A stretch of 64,000 bases of DNA from Tubiluchus corallicola. Lineage: Eukaryota > Animalia > Priapulida. The position numbers were made by a program, and so were the translations under genes. The stretch is taken from the NCBI GenBank assembly GCA_030141605.1, contig JAQGDQ010001037.1, forward strand, positions 1 to 64,000, given 5' to 3'. Positions 1 through 12,695 of this stretch are shown piece after piece; within the stretch, counting starts at the first letter, position 1; every line of letters starts with the position of its first letter. Under the pieces are notes generated by a model. That model did not search any database. It saw only the letters and a program-made list of their open reading frames with translations, and was not told the origin of the DNA.

Positions 1-31
<31 letters not shown>

Positions 32-50
32 TCTCTCTCCCTCCCTCCCT

Positions 51-81
<31 letters not shown>

Positions 82-102
82 CCCCTCTCCTCTCCCTCTC
101 TC
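1..102. repeat. (CT)n/(CCCT)n microsatellite, intronic in CHAF1A
   Basis: Pure CT/CCCT run. Confidence 0.95.
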
Positions 103-220
103 TTTTACTCCTGTTAAACAACCAGACAGGGGCAAGCACAGGCTTTCATTTTCTGCAAAATTTACCAGAATAACGTAGACTATCAGTTGTTTGGTGTGTT
201 TAGACAGTGAACCTCGCAAG

Positions 221-594
221 AATAAGTCTTTTCACAGTTTTGCTGTGGTAGGTTAAAGGTTAAGTGCATCACAGCAATGCGTTGTAACTGCAACTGTCAC
301 GTGGCGTGTAAAGCAAAACCGTCTGCCACATCAGCTCAGTAACTTCAATTGTTTTACGTGAACCTTACTTGGTTATGCATTAGTCTGTGCATAGAGCGAT
401 TTACTAACAGGATCTTGCTTGGGAACAAGAAAAAATGAACTAGGTAAGGTTCTAGCTAACTGCTAAAACTGTTACTATTACAACAGCATGGGCTGTGAGG
501 CGTTGTCAAGTGTACTCAAATGCGTTGTCTAGTACACTTAACCTTTGACCTTTTCACGATCATCATCAATCGCTGGAAGTGTGAAAAGGCTTAT
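221..594. mobile_element. Non-autonomous TIR element (MITE), copy 1
   Basis: Ends AATAAGTCTTTTCACAG...GTGAAAAGGCTTATT are inverted. A homologous copy lies at 52365-52754. Confidence 0.75.
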
Positions 595-710
595 TAGAAA
601 AGAACGGCTACCGATGTTGTAAGTGTATTAGACTTTCCTCTTTAGTTGAAGAGTTCCCTCTCCCTCGTTAGAGTTTCGCTTTTCTGATGCAATAAAATGA
701 TGTTTTTCAG

Positions 711-834
711 GCTGTAGGTATTGTTGCAACTCCCATTTTGACTTCGTACACGGATACCGATCCCCTGAGTTCTTCGAACACAAACAAACAAGACGACGTT
801 TATAACAAAAAACTGAAACCCGTGCCAAAAGAAG
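711..834 (+). CDS. CHAF1A: Chromatin assembly factor 1 subunit A, penultimate exon (AVGIVATP...KLKPVPKE)
   Basis: tttttcag acceptor and G|gtacgt donor. The phase-1 junction joins exon 1764 in frame, giving VPKEAMVDLITLVHGN. Confidence 0.8.
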
Positions 835-971
835 GTACGTCCAATTAACCGTCCTTTTTACGTCAGCGTCAGCGGTGTGATTATGGTTATTATTGGAGCT
901 TATTATTCTTGTCCTGGCTAAAAGTCTGGATAACCTGGATAGTGGTCATAGTGTTGGACATGTGTACGTCA

Positions 972-1517
972 AGGAAAACCGGACGATTGTGTAAACATGA
1001 GTTCAATATAAAGAATGCTGTAAAATATTGAAAACCTACAGTAGCTTATTTTAAATCAAAACTTAGATTAAATAATAATTACCTCGGATACTCAAATTTC
1101 GTTAAACTTTTAAAGCTGCGCTCGGCTGAGTGAATCTACCAAGATTGGCTGCGGCGCCTTCTTGTCACATTCGCCTGGCCGACAAATAGAAGGTTGGTAC
1201 AGTGATAACCATGATCATGAACTGTAGTGTTAGTTTCTGCCGTCATATGACGTAGAGTCCATTTTTGCAACATGCGTTTAAACAGCGCGTAACACGTATG
1301 CAAATGTGCTTGACGCGCAAGTGAAGGCGCCTGCCATTGCACAAACTGTGGTTAGTTTCTGACGTAAGCAATAGCTGTGTTTGTATGTGTTAATTAACTT
1401 TCTAAGCTAATTATTCGAATATAAGGAACAATTGCTAACTTTTAGAGGTAATGTATATGTATATTTTGGATAGCAACTTAAAATGAGATTGAGTCTAAAC
1501 AATCGTCCAGTCTTTCT
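972..1517. mobile_element. TTAA-type (Kolobok-like) non-autonomous element, family K1
   Basis: TIRs AGGAAAACCGGACGATT...AATCGTCCAGTCTTTCT followed by TTAA. Homologous to 27021-27553. Confidence 0.7.
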
Positions 1518-1763
1518 TTAAGATACCTAGTTCAAATACACGTTCAATCACAACTTTTCACAAACTTTATGCAAGCAGAGGGCTTCCTTGTGCAAGCTGA
1601 TTTGAAGAGTAAAAGTTGATACCAGGAACGATCATCTTTTTTGTTTTTATTGTACTAATTGTGATAAATAAATAATAATTTTGTAATAATAATAATAATC
1701 TAAATAATAATTTAATAATAATAATCGTAGAGTCCATTATAACCCGTGTCTTTCTTGTTGCAG

Positions 1764-2656
1764 CTATGGTGGACCTCATTACGCTCGTACACGGCAACAT
1801 TTCAGGTGTGAAGAAACTGATTAGAGAATTTAGAGAATACTGGAGATTAAAAACAAACCCGAGTGTTGACGGCAACGGCAAACAAGGGGAGACAAACGAA
1901 AACGAAGCGGAAACGTCTACTACGCCGAACAGCAATGAAGACGACAAGAAGGAGTATGCCATCTCCAAACGTCAACTTGAAAAGGTCATTTCAAACATTG
2001 CCGTGCGGGAAAAGCGTGCGGGCTACCACCGCATTTGCTGGTATGTGAACGACGGCACGCTTGCGGAGTACGGCCTCGATCAGTTGAAGCCGCCGAATCA
2101 CTGGAAGTACGTGAGCTGTGCAAACGTGAACACCGAGAAAACGCCCAGAACCGTGACGCCGAAACGGAAGTTGTCGATCGAAAAGTTTGCCACTTTAATG
2201 TCACCCGAAGAAATACACACGGCGGCTCAGAAAGAGGTGACCGCCACGCCGAAAGCTCGTAAAGCGAAAAAGAGCAGCATAGAGCGCTTCACACACAAAA
2301 TGTCACCTGCAGAAGTACATAAACCAACGGCAGGTGACGTCCGCGTTTTGCCAAACAGCCACCAGGGGCAGGTGTCGGATGCGAACACCTCGTTGTCGTC
2401 CGTAGGTATCCTACAGTTTGTTACTAAAGCTGCAACGGACCAGCACAAGCAACCGGTCTGTGAGTCAAAGCACACTATGGTTTTGTCAAAAAATGAAACT
2501 GAAATAAATGGATCACAACAACCAATTGATTTATCAAGGCCAACTATAATCGAGGGTGTGTCAGATGCTGCAACAGAGAAGATGCTTGTCTCGAACAAGC
2601 CAATAGAATCTGTTGGCCCTGGCTCTGATGCTGTTGATTGTATTATACTGGATTAG
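1764..2656 (+). CDS. CHAF1A: Chromatin assembly factor 1 subunit A (p150), last coding exon: C-terminal winged-helix region plus low-complexity tail
   Basis: ttgcag acceptor. The motifs DLITLVHGN..KKLIREF, ISKRQLEKVISNIAVREKR and CWYV match the CAF-1 p150 C-terminus. Stop TAG at 2654-2656. Confidence 0.85.
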
Positions 2657-2779
2657 TAGGGTAAATTTTAAGTAATTGTTACATCTTTGTCAAAAATGTG
2701 CATTTAAATTTCACCTCACGTTTTGAATCTTGTAAAATATTTTATCATATTAACTAGTTTTTTTGTTTTGAGTACTGTA

Positions 2780-3255
2780 TAGTCAACCTCGGGTATAAGG
2801 TACTCGCTTATAAGGGACCGCCAACATTGGTCCCGATTTTTCGTAACGTTTTTCGTTAAAAAAACTGCATATATAAGGAACTTTCGGTTATAAGGGACGA
2901 TATCTTCAGGTCCCACGTAATAAAAACCCGGGTACATTACCTCGCATATAAGGGACCGTATCATTAAATATTTTTTACATCCTAAAAAGCCTATGCCGAG
3001 ACCCCGCGCGGACCTGACTGTATTCCCTTGGACTGCATTTCAGGTTGTTCGATTATGGCAAAAATAAATTAAATACGAGAAAAATCTTTAGTGTCCTCGA
3101 AGTCAGTAAATCCTTAATATTATTTTCTACAGCCAATTATATAAAATCAATTTTGATACACCCTCGGTTTGACTCAACTTCCGGCTATAAGGGACATCGG
3201 ATATAAGGGACACTTTTTTCCGGTCCATGGGGGCGCTTATATCCGAGGTTGACTG
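2780..3255. mobile_element. Tc1/mariner-pogo-like MITE (family P1)
   Basis: TIRs (C/T)AGTCAACCTCGG...CCGAGGTTGACTG with TA on both sides and internal TATAAGGGAC repeats. Other copies at about 4400-4892 and 13581-14050. Confidence 0.85.
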
Positions 3256-3566
3256 TATTAATAATGTAAATATTATTTTTGCAGCTGTTAATATACAAGC
3301 TTTTATATGTAATTAATATTATCTTTAGTTCACAGTTAGATGTTTTTAGGTTTACCTATGTACCTGTGTCATTGTTGAGCATAATATTAACTAAACTAAG
3401 TGTGTTTTCAGGCTTATATGGTGTAAAGAAAATGCACAGAGGTTTTGATTATGACATTATGAGAAGCAAATTATAAGATATCTTTAAAATTGGGACACTC
3501 ATGTTATGGGCGCTTATGTATAATCGTCACAAAAGGTTTACGTCAAATTATAGTTTTCTAAAAATA

Positions 3567-3650
3567 CAGTGTTCCCTCACTTATCGCGGGTGTTCCGTTC
3601 CTGGCCCACCGCGATAAGTAAATTTCCGCAAAGTAGGGACGCTATACTTT
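3567..3650 (+). mobile_element. Tigger/pogo-like MITE left end
   Basis: TA-CAGTGTTCCCTCACTTATCGCGG...CCGCGATAAGT, a typical pogo-type end with a subterminal palindrome. The right end was not found. Confidence 0.5.
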
Positions 3651-4399
3651 AATACTTGCACGTTTGGGTGGCATCGTGGGGCTTGAATAAATTCAGTCTC
3701 TAACGAAAATTTCACATGTAGCGTACAAGAAAACAAATTGCAGGGTACCTGAGCCAATCAGTGACTGGGATACAGAGCAGCATTCTCTGGTTGGTCGCTT
3801 TCCATCAATCAATCAATCGTGCGTTGTGTACAATCTCACGTTGGCAAGTAGCACCTCAACTGGGCGCAAGTACTACATTTCATTTTTGGTGTGTAAATAT
3901 AACATGTTAGACACAATAGTTTGAAAAAATTGAGGATTTTTTTGTCGTAACCCTTAGTTTTTCTGTTTTCAGTGGTCAACACCCGTATATATGTAATTAT
4001 ATGCTTAGTTAATTATGAAGAGGGAAAATGAACGAAAAATTACATAATTTAAAGCAAAATGTTTGCTTTTCATGTTATTTTAATAAACATTATTAATTTT
4101 TAAACTATTGATTACGGTCTTTTAGTATGCTTACATTCAATATTTTTTACAATCACTTAAAAATGAAAATAAGTTCGAAAATTTAAAACAATGCAAATTC
4201 TGCTAAAAGATTAACGTTCCTGCAAAATGATCAAGAATGACATTAACAACTCACTGACTGTTGTATTCCCAAAGACAAGAACACATATTTAGGTTGCTTG
4301 GAAATATTATTATGAGTAAATGTTATGAGATTACATAAGATACTTGTGCAATGGAAAGCAACGCAAGATGGCACCCACAGTAATCATCTCTTAACATAG

Positions 4400-4892
4400 A
4401 AACCCAGGTCAATTACCTCGCGTATAAGGAGCTGTGTGATCAAAGCGAAATTGATCGATTTTTTACCTCAATTCTTGGCAAACGCGGCCTTCGAACAGCT
4501 TAGTTTCCACGGTCGCATACATCTCGCATCACTGAAGGAGCTTCCTACATACTGTTTGCACTGAATGTGTAGCAATGATCCATAAAAATATGGGTAAAAG
4601 TACAGGTCTAGATACACCCTCGGTTTAACTCAAGTTCGGTTATAACGGACATCGGATGTAATGTGTTACACGCTACAATAATATCAGCAACCAGACAAAT
4701 GCGTGCATAATAGAGTAGTATTTATTAAACTAATTAGGAACTAAAACAAAGAAAATCAGAACAGCAAGACAGTCTAGAATGCAGAACACTGCTAAGCAAT
4801 CACCAAGATCTTTGATCTACACAAACCATATCTATGGTATTGTTACATAAGGGACGATTTTTTCCGGTCCGGCGGTGTCCCGAGGTTGACTG
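4400..4892. mobile_element. Family P1 MITE, partial copy interrupted by a TG..CA insert
   Basis: Ends in CCGAGGTTGACTG-TA and is homologous to 2780-3255. Confidence 0.75.
4657..4847 (-). mobile_element. Candidate solo LTR inserted in the P1 MITE
   Basis: TGTAA...TTACA inverted ends and an AATAAA on the minus strand about 65 nt from the end. It interrupts the ATCGGA|TAAGGGAC motif. No clear TSD. Confidence 0.5.
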
Positions 4893-6569
4893 TAAACTGA
4901 ACAAGTCTGTGTAGAAGACCAATGATCAGTTGTGCATGAGAGTTTTTCATAACATATTTATTAGTTCCAAAGCAAGACAATAAATGTTCACAAATGAAGT
5001 TTCACTTTTAAGCATTGTAAACATGCACTATAGACCTAGCCTCCCAGAGAACTAATTGTCTTGAGACAGAAAAAAGCAAAGCTATTTCTGAAGTTATGAA
5101 TTTAAAAATCAGTTCTATCCATGTGAATAGGCATTCTGGATGAAAACTGGATTAGGTTGCCAAGTTTGAACCAGGGTATTAGAGTCAGGAATTTGTTCAC
5201 TTTAACTACGTTAGACAAGTTATTCCTTGTTTGGTTGTGTGGCAGCACAATAGCCTACATCCATAAAATTATTTGTAAAAGTACAGAAAAGGTATATAAG
5301 AGACGGTTTTTTCCGGTTTCGAGGTGTCCCTTATGTCTAAGGTGGACTGTATGTTGGAACTGACCTGTCTGTTAATGTTCTTAAAATGAGTTCCAACAAA
5401 AAATGAGAAGTGAAAGAGTCCCACAGAGACGTTGTTCTGGGGAAGAGCCAAAAGTATCATCGACCTATGATTTAACATAATTTGAAAAGGAACAAATAAA
5501 GGTATAGTAGAAGAGTGCACACCATTGGTGCCATCGAATGATACAATGCATTTTACTACATATAAACAGCAACAAGAATGAGCAGTACAGATACTACACA
5601 CCAGATGGAAATGGTGAGCTTGTGTGCGTGAACTACATGACGAGAATCCTGTAACAAATTTACAAGGAAATTAGCTTTTCGTTTTTAACACAGTATTCTA
5701 AATAATTATGCATGATTTGCGTATTGTGACCATATAGGAGCAGCAGCTTATATGTAATGCTTAAAGTTTCTTGTCAATAGATGTTACCAGTTTGTGTGTC
5801 ATGATAAGTGGTATGGTAATTTATGGTAATTAGTGTGGAAGTTGGTATTGTACATTGTAGTTAGGTGCTGCCATCTATGTGCTAATCTTGTTACATTCTA
5901 CCAGCTGACTTACCTTCAGTATAATTGTACGGTCCAGTGACTATGACTACATACACCCTGGTCCTCTCCCTATCTAAAATTAATGGTTGTTGTGAAACCT
6001 GTGCAATTCTGCATAGGTCAAGGTCTATACCTGTATACTGGCTGTGAAACAGGTTTTACTGACTGTTTTTGCTTTCTAGTTTTGCTGAATGTTCAGTGCA
6101 GCAATTTTGTTACTCATGTTTTCTGTAGTTCAATAAACATTTTTCAGTTGTGTGAAATACAAATATTTATTATAGATTTTTGGTTCCTATCCGTACTTGT
6201 CCGTGTCTAAACTCAATCATAACAAAATGACTGAGCAACAACTTCAAAATTGACTTTCATAATTAGGGTTGTGCTGCCTCTTTTGTTTAACCAAACCCTA
6301 GGACAAGATCAGACCATGTTAGCCTGGTCAGTGTAAAGACTTCAAACCGTTTTGGCCACACAGCCTACAATTAATAAGCTCCTTTTTCCATGTAAAAAAT
6401 AGTCAGTTCTCTAAACAACCAAGACCTTGTCAACACTGCAGAAACTCTGCTACTTGTCTTCGCCATGTTTAGCAAAGTGTGTCATTTCATTTGTGAACAC
6501 TTATACAATATCCCGGAATACCTTATCCAAAGAAATAAGGACCTAGATGGTAACTATCTATAAACAGTG

Positions 6570-6695
6570 CTCTCTCATATGCTTTTTGAAACTGTCAACT
6601 GATGAATCAGTGATGGTTGCTGATAACGGATGATTCCATTGTTGAACTACACGATGCCAAAAGAAGTGTGATCTGATGTTGATTCTACTCAATGC
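6570..6695 (-). mobile_element. CR1-group LINE ORF2 C-terminal remnant
   Basis: The minus strand translates as SRINIRSHFFWHRVVQQWNHP...SVDSFKKHM, resembling the CR1/L2 RxxFFxxRVVxxWNxLP...FK motif. Confidence 0.65.
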
Positions 6696-8405
6696 ATTGT
6701 TTGGTCCAAAAACAACTTTACAGTAAACATCTAATATAGAAAAAAAAACTCACACAAATATTAATTTTAAACTTTAAAACAAATACTCATGTTTTATTCT
6801 TTTCAAATAAGCTTCTATTTGCACACTGTTTTACTGCAAATATATGTAAGTACAGTACTGTAAATAAGTTTATAAGTTTATTTTTTCCACTCTGCATCTA
6901 ACTGTTATAATAAAAATACAGATAATTTCACCGAAGTAAATATAAATATAAATGCAATATTATTCAGAAATTACAAAAGAGATTCTTATGCAGCATATGC
7001 ATGTGCAAATTACATTACAGAAGAATTTTGATGCATACAGTTTGAGCCTAAAAGCATAGCTTGACAGGCCAAACTGTACGTGGAAATCTTAAAGAAGTGA
7101 TTAATAATTGAAATAATGATAATATATACATAAAAGTGGGGGGGGGGGTAGTGAATGAAAGATGAAATGGAGCTAGAACTAATGTTCAGTAACCTTATAA
7201 ACTTATTGTTGATAAAAGATGACTTATAAAATGCCACCAAATGTATATAGAATGAATTTTACTTTGTCTCCTAAGCTAGATTCAATATACGCTGGTGACT
7301 GTTTGCAAATTTAGTAATTCACGCAAAATTATTCATAAACAGAACACAGTACATGCAGTAAAAAATGTTCGCTCTTTTATTTCGAATTTGTTGAATACAA
7401 AAGTTCTAAACCTGCAAATGAAAATCACGATACATTCAACATCAAAATTCTAGACATCTCATTTCCAAAAATTCAAGTTCTGCAGGTGAAAAAAGATGAC
7501 ACAAAAATCAACAATGCTCACAGTGAAATATTAATAATAACTATTGTAGTAAATAAAAATGACAACTTTGAGAAAAAAATCAGAATACTTGATGTCGAGC
7601 CATTCCTACATCAATTAATTTTTACATCGATTAACTTTAATTGCACCTGTAGTATTAAATTTTATCGAGCTACTGTAAATTGCGCATTCAACACAAATTT
7701 TTTTATCTACCGACAAAAACTGCATGTGTAAAGGCCACAATACATAACAAGATGGATAAAAGATTTTTTCTAACACACAATGAGTCATCTATCCACTCCA
7801 ACTGCAGATTAATTGACTCATATGCAAAAAAAATTTTTCAAAAATTACGATAATAACACAATCACGAAAATTACACTTGTAACACGATTGAAAAACAAGT
7901 AACATATCTAATAATATAATATACAACTAATATACTAAATATATCACAAAATTTAGCTTCTATTTTATATATTTCACAACTTACTGAAGACTATGTTGGA
8001 TGCCTGGACAGGCGTACTACAGGTTTCCATGCTTACTAATCTTAATTCATCATACTCCTTGGCACCTGTACTGTTCCATAATTAGAATCACTAATACAAC
8101 TAATGTATATGCAAAAACACTTTAAAACTTTATAATAAATCTATTTTAGTTACTACACTATTTGTACTTGTATTATAATCTAAATTAGCAAAATATAATG
8201 ACAATATTGACTACGATCATAATTACTACTATAGGTGCCTCAGAATTTATGCAAAAGTTGAGAATTTAGGTTTTTAGCTAACTCATAATTCACCAGCGCC
8301 AGTTCTTAACACAATATTTAACAAAAAGCAAAACTGTGGCCTGCTTCACGATGGCCAGCTAAATAACGCTTTGTTGTTACAATGCCGAAAAACATTACTA
8401 ACCAG

Positions 8406-9122
8406 TAGGGGTGAGTATTCTCTACCAGAGTTTGAAAGATTTTCGAACAAGTTTTTGATCACAAGTAAAAAGTGGTCTTACAAAGAATGATGCATATTAT
8501 TTGATTTTGTTTTTCAGCTAAAACACTATTAGTTTGTTAAAAATTTTGCACAGCAGCTAAACTGTAGCTATATTGTGGTAACTGCATGATGTTTCAAACA
8601 TTTTAATGATAAAGAACATATGTGGCTGAAGTGTTGAATTATTCGAATCTATAATTTTAGGTTCGAATCGAATTCGAACCAAAAAAACTCGTTCGTATCG
8701 AAGTTGAACATTCGTTGCTCACCCCTAATGACTATTAGAAGCATTCAACGTTTAAATTTTTTAAATTCGAATTTGATTTGAAACTAAAATCGTGCATTTG
8801 AATAATTCACCACTTCAACTTCATACGTTCTTTATCATTAAAACATTTAAGATGTTAAGCAATTAGGCAGAATTAAGGTGCAAAGTATGTGCTCAGTTTT
8901 TAAAAAAATTATTAGTGTCTTTATTGCAGAACATAATCAAGCAATATGCAAGATCTTTGTGAGACCACTTTTTACTAGTGGCTTGAAAGTTTAGTCAAAA
9001 ATCTTTAAAACTGAAGCAGAAATCGATTCTGATTCGATATCTCAAATTCATTTTGATTCAAGTTCAAAAGACACAAATTTGATTCGACTTGAATTCGCTT
9101 TCTAGAAGAGAATGCTCACTCC
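8406..9122. mobile_element. Two adjacent, oppositely oriented hAT-like MITEs (family H1), about 8406-8727 and 8750-9122
   Basis: TIR TAGGGGTGAG...GCTCACCCCTA and TTCGAA-rich subterminal repeats shared with the copies at 11201 and 22505. Confidence 0.75.
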
Positions 9123-9886
9123 TGATGTCCATGACAGCTTCATTTGTTGGAAACTTTATAGATGCTGATGAAAATACATGACGCGATTCACGTGAACAGA
9201 ACTGATCATGAATCCAATGACAAACTTACACAAATTCTCAGAAACAAGCATGCATATAATGTTTAACATAATCAATTTCACAACTCAGGCTATTTCTTGA
9301 AGAATTCGCCTACTAAACACATGTTAACACAGCTCCACACATGTTTACACGGATGTACATGTATGTGCACAATAGTGCAAAGTGCATTCAATATAAAAAA
9401 ACATAAAAAATATCATTTAAAGTTGTGTGCAAGTTCAGAATATGTGTGAAACCGTGTTAAGACATGTAAATACGTGATTCGGGGATGGTTTGTTTTACTC
9501 TACTTTACTTATCTAGACACAATGAAAAAGATGGCAAAAATAAAAATAAAGCCAACACCCGCTTAAGCAAAGACACGACTTTTATTCAGACACAGAATTT
9601 CAGTGTGAAACATTGCAGGTGTTTGTGTCTGAATAAAAGCCGTGTCTTTGCTTAAGCTGGTGTTGACTTTATTTTTATTTTTTAAGAACTTGTTTTGCCC
9701 ATCACCAATCAGATAGCAAAAAGTAACAGTAGACTAATTTACATCACCAGTGTTAACGGTATAATCAAGTGACATCTTGTATAGAATCACGTGTTTAACA
9801 CTGACAGACGTTCAGACATTTCCAAAGCAAGGCAAGCAGTGTCGTACGATACCACAAAGTGTCATCACGTGTTGAGGTCCGCTGTT

Positions 9887-9987
9887 TTATTCCTCCTTTT
9901 TTTCAGCTCCGGTCAGCTCATTGTCCCAGTCTGGCCAGTACTTCTCCTTCATGCGGTAACAGTAGTCTTGAAGATTAGGGAATTCAT
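9887..9987 (-). CDS. FAXC: FAXC terminal exon 6c (DEFPNLQDYCYRMKEKYWPDWDNELTGAEKKEE*)
   Basis: ttgtag acceptor, phase 1. FAX C-terminal motif NL..YC.RMKE.YWPDW. Stop TAA at 9889-9887. Confidence 0.9.
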
Positions 9988-10137
9988 CTACAACGAAAAA
10001 TTTATTACAAATGACATTAAAATCTTGATAAAACGTATCGGTAAAGCCACACTTTGGTTTAACGATGAATATTTCTTCAGATATGATACTGTTGTCAGCC
10101 CTGGATTAATTGTTAAGCAAAATAATCATGTGATTCT

Positions 10138-10502
10138 GGTTTCCGGAGACAAGGGAGATCTCACTCAGGGTTTCCGGAGACGAGGGAGATCTCACTCAGG
10201 GTTTCCAGAGACAAGGGAGATCTCACTCAGGGTTTCCGGAGAAGAGGGAGATCTCACTCAGGGTTTCCGGAGACGAGGGAGATCTCACTCAGGGTTTCCG
10301 GAGATGAGGGAGATCTCACTCAGGGTTTCCGGAGATGAGGGAGATCTCACTCAGGGTTTCCGGAGATGAGGGAGATCTCACTCAGGGTTTCCGGAGACGA
10401 GGGAGATCTCACTCAGGGTTTCCAGAGACAAGGGAGATCTCACTCAGGGTTTCCAGAGACAAGGGAGATCTCACTCAGGGTTTCCGGAGACAAGGGAGAT
10501 CT
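10138..10502. repeat. 31-bp minisatellite, about 12 copies (GGGTTTCCGGAGACGAGGGAGATCTCACTCA)
   Basis: Near-identical head-to-tail units with no spacers. Confidence 0.95.
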
Positions 10503-10567
10503 CTCAGTTTATCAAATCCAATAATTAACCTAAAGTAAAATTGTTGTGTTTTGTTTCTCTCGGAAGG

Positions 10568-10852
10568 CTCGTAGAGACAACCAGAAAAAAGGTCGTCAAA
10601 TTAAACTAGTTTATTATGCGAGAATTTTACAACACAAAAGTATGAAGGAATGCAAAATGTTTACAGTAAATGTGATAATCTGGAAACGTGAAAGCGTATC
10701 TGAGAATACGAGAGAATAAACTCCAGCGGCCAGCTCCGCCTTGTATATCGGTGCCAAGGAACAATCTAGAAATAGAAAGTTCTCGAAACTTCTGCAAGGT
10801 AAGAAGATTGTTCTACAATACTATAGAATATTCCAGAATAAACTCCGCAACA
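10568..10852 (-). mobile_element. Candidate solo LTR (Ty3/gypsy-like)
   Basis: The minus strand starts TGTTGCGGAG, then has a TATA-like GATATACAAGG and an AATAAA near the far end. The distal terminus is imperfect. Confidence 0.45.
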
Positions 10853-11027
10853 AGTCTTTGATTTATGTTTTTAACTCATGTCTATACTTTTATATAATAT
10901 ATTGGTCTAGGCATGTAGGCATGTATAAATTTATTCATGTATTAATATATGGAGAGATTTAAAAAATCTCCCGTATTCTAATTTGCTAATCTGGTAACCC
11001 TATTAGCAAAATTCGTAGGCTTCTCAC

Positions 11028-11144
11028 CCTTGATGTATGTTTCCTGAGGGGAGTTCGGAGCACTCCATACGCACTGTGCCAACATTCCAAATATAGCGCA
11101 ATCAACCTCACATGCCGTTTCACCCATAATGTACGGCTTAGAAC
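11028..11144 (-). CDS. FAXC: FAXC exon 5c (GSKPYIMGETACEVDCAIFGMLAQCVWSAPNSPQETYIK)
   Basis: gcatag acceptor and G|gtgag donor, 117 nt, phase 1-1. GST-C/metaxin N-capping motif. Confidence 0.9.
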
Positions 11145-11200
11145 CTATGCAAACGGGAAGGGTATAGCAATTATATTTCAAGAGTATGATCTATAGAGAC

Positions 11201-11631
11201 AAGGGGTGAACATTCTCTACCAGTAAGCGAATTCGAATCGAATCGAATTTGCGACTTTCGAATTCGAATCGAACCGAATTTCACTATTTCGAATCCAAAT
11301 CGAATTTGAATTAAGTTTGAAAGATTTTCGAACAAGTTTACAAGCCACTAGTAAAAAGTGGTCTTAGAAAGATCGTGCATATTACTTGATTTCGTTCTGC
11401 AGTAAAACCGCCTTTAGTTTGTTAAAAATTTTGCACAAAAACTGCAGGTAAATTGTGCCAATTGCTTGTTTTTCAAACATTTTAATGATAAAGAACTTAT
11501 GCGGCTAAAGTTCAAATTAGTGGCTGAATTATTTGAATCTATAATGTTAGGTTCAAATCAAATCCGAACTTAAAAAACACATTTGAATTGAATTCGAATG
11601 ATCGAAGTCGAACATTCGATGCTTACCCCTA
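11201..11631 (+). mobile_element. hAT-like MITE, family H1
   Basis: TIRs (A)AGGGGTGAACATT...ATGCTTACCCCTA. 8-bp TSD ATAGAGAC/ATAAAGAC (7 of 8 match). Confidence 0.85.
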
Positions 11632-12120
11632 ATAAAGACAGGATCTATCCACTGGACAAAACAAAAAAAAACACTAAGACAGCCTAGATGGACTGTAATG
11701 AATTTTTTTACAAAATTGTTGTTCGGGTTTCTCAGAGCTCAATGATTTAAAATTTGCCTCACCTACACGATCTAGATCTTGATTATGCTGGGACATAAAT
11801 TTTAAAACGTTCAGTTCCGAGAACTCCAAGCATTTTTAAATCTGAAAAATTATGATACGATTTTTTTATACAGTTTGGCACTTTGCGAACTTGTAGCAAG
11901 ACTGAAACCTAGCACACTTTGAGGGCCAATTTTCCAAGGCAAGACGATCAGCACTCACAGAATTCATTCCATGTAAGAAACAACCAGAATAAGCATTGCG
12001 CATGAAAGTATATGGCGAATACATCTATATAACTCATTTCATTTTGTCATTCCGTTTCACCCAAAACAATTCGGAAATTCAGAACCAAAATGGAACCAAT
12101 TTTTGAAACCGACATCTTAC

Positions 12121-12323
12121 CCAGATAATCAGACAAAGCTCTCAAGTCTCCTCGGCAGATTGTCAAAACCTCTTCTTTACTGTGACGACCCATTCCCTGT
12201 GAACAGCACTGTCCACGGACTCTTCGCCAAATCATGCTCACAAGAAACCATCCGATCTGATTGTTCGAAATCTCGGGTAAGTTGGCACCTTTCTCGTAAA
12301 TCCAGCGCTGCATCACCAGACAC
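12121..12323 (-). CDS. FAXC: FAXC exon 4c (WCLVMQRWIYEKG...SQGMGRHSKEEV...GDLRALSDYLG)
   Basis: catctag acceptor and G|gtaag donor, 203 nt, phase 2-1. QGMGRH and DL.ALS.YLG motifs. Confidence 0.9.
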
Positions 12324-12444
12324 CTAGATGAAACAGGTTCATGAAATTATGTGATTCATGGGCATGGGAAACCCTTTTTGGTATCACCTATTATTAATAC
12401 ACAAATTTCTGTTTTCAGATGGGCTTTATACAACTTTGGAGATC

Positions 12445-12586
12445 TCTCTCACTCTCTCTCTCTCTCTCCCTCCTCCCTCCCTCTCTCTCTCTCTCTTTCA
12501 TCCTTTCTCTGTCACTTTCCTCTCTCTCTCCTATCTCCCTCTCTCTCTCCTCTCTGTCTCTCTCCCCCTCTCTCTCTCTACCTCTT

Positions 12587-12643
<57 letters not shown>

Positions 12644-12656
12644 TCCCTCTCCCTCT

Positions 12657-12695
<39 letters not shown>

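Noticed and set aside
6520-6548. Acceptor followed by GPYFFG on the minus strand as a possible further exon 5
   Set aside because: A stop codon follows immediately, there is no downstream similarity, and it is adjacent to a CR1 remnant.
10138-10502. CRISPR-like appearance of the 31-bp repeats (also the 43-, 41- and 44-bp arrays)
   Set aside because: Units are head-to-tail with no unique spacers, there are no cas genes, and the context is eukaryotic introns.
9791-10538. 192-aa and 67-aa plus-strand ORFs
   Set aside because: They are antisense to FAXC exon 6c and read through a minisatellite.
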